The position numbers were made by a program, and so were the translations under genes. Below, one piece after another: positions 30,796 through 35,485 of a stretch of DNA of 35,485 bases. A model generated the notes under the pieces. The model was not told where the DNA came from. It made no database searches and saw only the letters and a program-made list of their open reading frames with translations. How positions within the stretch are numbered: position 1 is the stretch's first letter; each line of letters opens with the position of its first letter. Source of the DNA: Chromatiaceae bacterium (GTDB lineage: Bacteria; Pseudomonadota; Gammaproteobacteria; Chromatiales; Chromatiaceae); the NCBI GenBank assembly GCA_028277465.1, contig JANQGF010000243.1, positions 1 through 35,485 of the forward strand, given 5' to 3'.

Positions 30796-33021
30796 TCAAT
30801 CCATCCAGCCAAGCACATCGCGGGCGACCGACCAGCGCGGTTTGCCCTCCTTGACCGCTTGGCCCTGCACCCAGTAGTCATAGAGGGTATCCAGCTCCCC
30901 GCTCTGCTGCTTGAGCAGCAGCCAATTGTCGATGTAGTCCTTCATCAGGTTGTCGCCCTTGGGCAACGCCAGCGCGATGGGGATCCGGATGACGGGCTTC
31001 GGCACGACCAGGCTGTAGCTGGGATTCAGGAGGGTGTAAGCGGAGCCGATCATGGCGAGCGTGACCAGTGCGTCTGCTGGCTCGGCACCATCCTCCTTGG
31101 TGAAGAAGTCCCCCAAGGCCCCGAGCCGAACGATCTCGGCCTGCGGAGCGGCGCGTGCGATGTGATTCTCGTACAGCGACAAGCCTTCGAGCACGGCCAC
31201 CCGCAGACCCTCGCGCTCGCGGACGGCAGCGACGCTGGCGAATTTCTTGCGTTGCGCGTCCGAGATGACGATGCCGAGGCCGTCGCTCAAGTAGGGGATG
31301 GAGAAGGCGGCGCTCCGTGCGCGCTCCGGCGTGATGGTGAGGCCGGTCGCGATCAAGTCGCATGCGCCATTATCGAGGAGCTCCGCGAAACGCTGGCGCT
31401 CGATCGGGATCAAGTCGAGCCGCACGTCGAGGTCGGCGGCGAGCCGGTGCATCAGCTCGATGTCATGGCCGACCAGGTCCCCGGCGCGATTCACGTAGGA
31501 CTGTGGCAGCAGACCGTCCACGTAGCAGGCCCGCAGCGCTTGGCGCGCGATGATCAGATCCAGGACGGATCGCTCCGTGTCCAGGATCTCCGGCTGCGGG
31601 GGTTGCTCGGTGCGGTCGCTGTAGACGCGCGTTCGCTCCCAGGGTGCCTCCTTCAGATTCATGGAGAGAATGGCATCGTCCTTGGTGTAGCGATTCTCCA
31701 CCAGGGTAGAGAAGAAGAGGTTGATCAGCAGCAGCGTTCCGACCCCGAGAGCCGCCGAGCCAGCCACGAAGACCGCGAGGCGCCGCCAGCGCACCTTGAG
31801 CACGCCGGCCACGGCCGCGGTGATCAACAGGGACAGGGCAACGGTATGCACGCCCGCCAGCAGGGTCCCGAAGCGCCCGGTGAAGACGTCCACGGCGATG
31901 AAGAGATTGAACATGTCCGCCGGGATGTTCATGAGGTCCAGCAGGAAGGGAAGCGCGATGACGACCTCACCGAAGAAGCTGAACAGACCGGAGACGAGAA
32001 ACTCCGGATACTGGGATAGTGGTACGGGATTCCCGGCGAACCACCCGGCGAAGAGGACGAACGAGAGGGCGATCAGCTTGCCCAGGTTGGGGATGTTGAA
32101 ATTGATCGGCGTGACCACGTCGACCACGGAGGAGGATTCCTCGCGCGAGACGCCCGCCCGCTCCAGGATCTCCTTGGTCGATTCGGCCAGCAGCGGCAGC
32201 ACGATCAAGAGCGAGCCGGTGGCGAAGGCCGTGACCAAGGCGTCCCGCGTCGTGACGAGGGTGTCCTTGAAGCCGATCGGCGTCAAGGCCGACACCAGCC
32301 CCGGGACGACCCAGAGGCTCAGCAGGAGCGCCATCGCGATATAGGTGACGATATACACCTGCACCCGGCCGAACTCCTCCACGCCCAGGGTCCCGGAGGC
32401 GGTGGCCGTCAGGGCGAAGACGCCGATGGGCGCCAGTTTGGCCACGAACTGGGCAATCAGCATCAGTGCGTGGCTGAGCTCATCGAGAAAATCCACCAGG
32501 AGCGCCTTGCCACGCAGCAGCGAGGTGGCGAGCCCCATGGCGATACAGAAGAGGACGATGGCGGGGATGGTGCCCTCGCTCAGGGCCTCGAACGGGTTGG
32601 CCGGAATGTAGAGCGCGAGGAAATCGGTCGGCGTCGGCTCTTCCAAGAGGCTAGTGCTGTAGAAAGATGCCGATTCCCAGTTGGGATAGCCGAGCGGAAT
32701 CAGGGCGACGACAAGTAGGATGATGCCCCAGAAGACCAGGATGAGACCGCCGCCCTTGATCGCGAGCAGCTTGATGCGGTCGATGCTCAAACGGCCGATG
32801 GCGGCGATCAGAGAGACGACGATGTAGGGGATGACCGTCATCTGCAGCAGGGCGATGAAGATGGACCCCAAGGGTTGAACGACGGCGGCCGACTCGCCGA
32901 AGAAGAGCCCGGCGGCAATCCCCAGCACCAGGCCGATGATGACCTGACCGGAGAGCCCGATCCGAGGCAGCCTGAACCCCCTGCTGTCGGCGATCCTGTC
33001 GGGGCTGGCGCTCGTGCTCAT
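30796..33021 (-). CDS. Fusion protein: N-terminal dicarboxylate/amino-acid:cation symporter (DAACS, GltP-like) plus C-terminal periplasmic amino-acid-binding (SBP type 3) domain
   Basis: Multi-TM N-terminal region with DAACS-type hairpin regions, about 480 aa. The C-terminal roughly 250 aa carries a classical SBP_bac_3 pattern (...DLIATGLTITPERARSAAFSIPY...). GGAGG RBS. 4-bp overlap with the upstream gene. Confidence 0.7.
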   Translation of the reverse strand: MSTSASPDRIADSRGFRLPRIGLSGQVIIGLVLGIAAGLFFGESAAVVQPLGSIFIALLQMTVIPYIVVSLIAAIGRLSIDRIKLLAIKGGGLILVFWGIILLVVALIPLGYPNWESASFYSTSLLEEPTPTDFLALYIPANPFEALSEGTIPAIVLFCIAMGLATSLLRGKALLVDFLDELSHALMLIAQFVAKLAPIGVFALTATASGTLGVEEFGRVQVYIVTYIAMALLLSLWVVPGLVSALTPIGFKDTLVTTRDALVTAFATGSLLIVLPLLAESTKEILERAGVSREESSSVVDVVTPINFNIPNLGKLIALSFVLFAGWFAGNPVPLSQYPEFLVSGLFSFFGEVVIALPFLLDLMNIPADMFNLFIAVDVFTGRFGTLLAGVHTVALSLLITAAVAGVLKVRWRRLAVFVAGSAALGVGTLLLINLFFSTLVENRYTKDDAILSMNLKEAPWERTRVYSDRTEQPPQPEILDTERSVLDLIIARQALRACYVDGLLPQSYVNRAGDLVGHDIELMHRLAADLDVRLDLIPIERQRFAELLDNGACDLIATGLTITPERARSAAFSIPYLSDGLGIVISDAQRKKFASVAAVREREGLRVAVLEGLSLYENHIARAAPQAEIVRLGALGDFFTKEDGAEPADALVTLAMIGSAYTLLNPSYSLVVPKPVIRIPIALALPKGDNLMKDYIDNWLLLKQQSGELDTLYDYWVQGQAVKEGKPRWSVARDVLGWMD

Positions 33022-34163
33022 TCCGCGGCCTCCGTGGGTGCGGCGCTGAGGACCTCCGGATCGACAGCATCCGCGCCGGGCAACGCGTCCCACACCTTGC
33101 GGAACGCCGTGTCATCCAGGAGGCGCGCCAGCAAGGGGGGCTCGATGCCAAGACCCGTCTCCGGAATGACGGAGTAACGCTTCAGGACGGGGTTGATCAG
33201 GAGCGCCCGGCGGGCAGCCTCCGAGGCGGCCGCCATGTCGCCGGCCTCCGCTTGGGCGCCGGCCAGGGCGATGAACCCGGCGTCGCTGAATTGATAGAGC
33301 TCGACCGCTTCCGCGGCCTTGGTCAGGGCCGTCTCGATGGCCTGTGCGCGGTCCGACGCGTCCGGGCTGCTGGCGCGCGCCTCGCGTAGTGCAGCATGGG
33401 CCTCCCTGACCGCGACCTGCGAAAGCCGAATCCCCAGGAGTCGAAAGAGCTCCTTGATCGGCGTCGGATGGTCTTCGACATGCAGATCGACCAGCCGGTC
33501 GTGGGCGCCCATGTAGCCCGCACCTTGGCGTACCACCAAGAGTGCCGCCGACTGCCGGCCGCGGGCATCACCACCAGCGGCTTGGCCCGCCGCCAAGGCC
33601 GTCACCAGGCGGGTGGCGAGATCGCGGTCGGTGGTCTCGAAGGCCGCGGCCATAGCCTCCACGACCTCGGGGCCGGTGAGCAGATTACCCTGTACCGCGT
33701 AGTTGTCGCCTGTCTTGCCGCCGGACCAAGGCAGCGTCTCGCCGCCGGTGAAGGTGGCCGCGGAGCCGTCGGCGGCCACGATACCGACCTGGCGCTGCGC
33801 ACGCAGCGGATCCTCGGCCAGCAGTCGCTGCAAGGTCTTCTCCGGTGACTCGCCCGCCTCGAGCAGCCCGAGACCCTGCGCCCCATAGAGGATGTTGCCC
33901 CGCGCCTGCGTGGCCAAGGCGCCGACATTGGCCCTGGCGTGGGGTACCACCGAGCCGACGCCGAAATACTTCGACTGCACCGCAACGCCGAGATCCCCCG
34001 TTTCCGCATCGCGCGCGACAATAGAGAAGGTCGCAATAGGCTCGGCGGCCTGGGGCTTGATGGGAAGGAGTATCAGAAAGAAAAGAAGGAGCATGGTGAG
34101 GAAGGAGCTGCGATCCCAGGTCCGGGAATCGAGCTGCTGCGGTGAACGAGCGCTCGGCATCAT
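33018..34163 (-). CDS. DUF1028-family (Ntn-hydrolase-like) secreted protein with a C-terminal helical/TPR-like extension
   Basis: Signal peptide LLLFFLILLPIKPQAAEP, then the DUF1028 start TFSIVARDAETGDLGVAVQSKYFGVGSVVPHARANVGALATQA. First gene of the minus-strand operon. Confidence 0.65.
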   Translation of the reverse strand: MMPSARSPQQLDSRTWDRSSFLTMLLLFFLILLPIKPQAAEPIATFSIVARDAETGDLGVAVQSKYFGVGSVVPHARANVGALATQARGNILYGAQGLGLLEAGESPEKTLQRLLAEDPLRAQRQVGIVAADGSAATFTGGETLPWSGGKTGDNYAVQGNLLTGPEVVEAMAAAFETTDRDLATRLVTALAAGQAAGGDARGRQSAALLVVRQGAGYMGAHDRLVDLHVEDHPTPIKELFRLLGIRLSQVAVREAHAALREARASSPDASDRAQAIETALTKAAEAVELYQFSDAGFIALAGAQAEAGDMAAASEAARRALLINPVLKRYSVIPETGLGIEPPLLARLLDDTAFRKVWDALPGADAVDPEVLSAAPTEAAE

Positions 34164-34514
34164 GGCTTTCACCTTTTGTGATTACTGCACAGGACAATGA
34201 GCGATGCCCCACTATCATAGCGCAGCGATTGCGCCGGATGGAGGTGGGCTTCGTGCGTTGGTGGGCCCGTGGACCATGGCAGAATCCGCGCTGGGTGCTA
34301 AGATTCTTGAGGAAGATACTGGGGGAATTGGCCGCCCTACTTGGAGGCGGGGGGGTCTTTGTTCACGTCGTTTCGAGCGCGTGGGGCGAAACCGGAAATC
34401 GCGGTCTCGCTTCTGGCAGTCATCCGGCCAAGATGGCCAACCATCAGTGTCTCCTCAAGTGCCTGAATAGGCCACGCACTCACTGTCATAACCACTTAAT
34501 TAACTGGAGGAACG

Positions 34515-35075
34515 ATGAAAAGACTCGGCCCTTTGTCAACGATCGTCGCATTGCTTCTGCTCCATCCCTGGGCTGTTGCGGATGACGTCGAGGACGACGC
34601 TCTCAGGAACGTCAAGTACGAGTACGCGGCGAAGTTCGTCTGTGGAGATGATCCCCAACCAGCCTATGTGCGCGTGGTTCCGGGCTTCTATGCCACCGCG
34701 ATCAACATCCATAATCCCAATAGTCGACGGACCCAGCTGCGATCGAAGGTCGCGCTGACGTTTCCGCCCGCCGAAAACGAGCCCGGGGAGATCTCCGACT
34801 TCCTGGAGCACAAGCTCGCTTCTGACCAAGCCTTGGAGATCGACTGCGAGGAGATCTTCGGCACCTCCCAGAGCGACTCCGCCTATTTCCCCGGGAGGCG
34901 ACCGGGTCTCGGTTTTCCAAGCTACATCAAGGGCTTCGTCATTATTCAGAGTACACGAAGCCTCGACGTAACCGGTGTCTATACCGTCGCGGAGGGCACC
35001 GCCGGCACGAACCTGACGCCCCGTGGGATCGATGTCGAGCAGATCCGCGAACGGTTGGTCAAATCCAAGAAGTAG
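34515..35075 (+). CDS. Secreted hypothetical protein (186 aa) with local lower GC
   Basis: Strong RBS ctggaggaacgATG. Signal peptide MKRLGPLSTIVALLLLHPWAVA. No recognisable domain. Two Cys residues in the mature part. Confidence 0.6.
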   Translation: MKRLGPLSTIVALLLLHPWAVADDVEDDALRNVKYEYAAKFVCGDDPQPAYVRVVPGFYATAINIHNPNSRRTQLRSKVALTFPPAENEPGEISDFLEHKLASDQALEIDCEEIFGTSQSDSAYFPGRRPGLGFPSYIKGFVIIQSTRSLDVTGVYTVAEGTAGTNLTPRGIDVEQIRERLVKSKK

Positions 35076-35326
35076 AGGCACGCAGGAGATGCCGATGTCA
35101 TGAGCGCGATCTGTGACCGGTCCGCTCACGTTTTGGCGATCGGCATCCCGCCCTCTCACCTAGGTTGATCTCCAGAAAACATCCTACCCGTCGGTTGGGG
35201 TGAGGAACGAACCCCAACGCGGCCTGTTGGGCTTCGCTCTCGCTCGGCCCACAACCTACAACCGGTCGATATCTTGGGTAAATTCTTTCCAGGGAATCGC
35301 CTAGGTCCAAAATCCTGGTCGAGACC

Positions 35327-35362
35327 CTTAGTAATGATTCAGAAACAACCTACACACCGTAG
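35327..35362. repeat. Copy 2 of the 36-bp perfect direct repeat (see 23-58), embedded in a hairpin-rich non-coding region 35190-35485
   Basis: Exact match to 23-58. Adjacent hairpins ttgggg-tgaggaacgaa-ccccaa, gttgggc-ttcgctctcgctcg-gcccac, ttgggca-aagcgaagcg-tgcccaa and gctag-tcg-gctagc. Partial internal duplication caacctaca(a/c)accg at 35250 and 35347. Confidence 0.85.
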
Positions 35363-35485
35363 TTGGGCAAAGCGAAGCGTGCCCAACGTGTGACCGGCAT
35401 GCTAGTCGGCTAGCTGGTGCAAGTCCAGCCATGGCCCTTGGGAGAAGGGAACATGTAGGCGAAGGCAAGGGTGCCCGAAGAAACT

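Noticed and set aside
34200-34514. A possible riboswitch (c-di-GMP or glutamine type) in the long leader of the secreted hypothetical gene
   Set aside because: No match by eye to the conserved GEMM or glnA-motif cores. Only generic GC-rich hairpins are present.
35363-35485. A possible group II intron 5' end, retron msr/msd, or known housekeeping RNA (RNase P, SRP, tmRNA, 6S) in the hairpin-rich window end
   Set aside because: There is no GUGYG intron start and no RNase P GGAAAGTCCGGGCTCC box, tmRNA start or SRP GGAAGCAGCCA motif. The sequence is also truncated by the window edge, so the element is left unclassified.

Overview
This is a high-GC (about 65-70%) proteobacterial chromosomal window, by gene content and order probably gammaproteobacterial. 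It contains a conserved core block priA-argS-SPOR on the minus strand, surrounded by accessory and signalling genes.

From left to right, the contents are:
- An XRE-family HTH regulator, divergently transcribed from a promoter/terminator-bounded short transcript.
- A stand-alone tRNA-Ile(GAU)-like gene.
- An SPFH/band-7 protein followed by the RNA ligase RtcB.
- An orphan TRAP solute-binding protein next to a membrane GGDEF diguanylate cyclase.
- An HNH endonuclease, fructosamine-kinase and SixA-like phosphatase cluster lying divergent from priA.
- A large chemoreceptor (Cache/PAS/HAMP/MA/CZB) preceded by a degenerate NiFe-hydrogenase large-subunit-like mini protein.
- A 1281-aa PilZ-GGDEF(degenerate)-EAL protein.
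- An RND efflux pair (MFP plus permease).
- A VOC/glyoxalase-like protein.
- A minus-strand operon encoding a DUF1028 protein, a DAACS symporter fused to a periplasmic amino-acid-binding domain, a secreted glutaminase and a porin.
- A secreted hypothetical protein.

Two non-coding observations stand out:
- A 163-bp structured element occurs twice, at 1714-1876 (minus orientation) and 28081-28243 (plus orientation). The copies are about 90% identical and carry compensatory base-pair substitutions in the terminal stem.
- An identical 36-bp direct repeat sits at both window ends (23-58 and 35327-35362), next to hairpin-rich sequence.

No integrase, transposase, CRISPR array or rRNA was seen.
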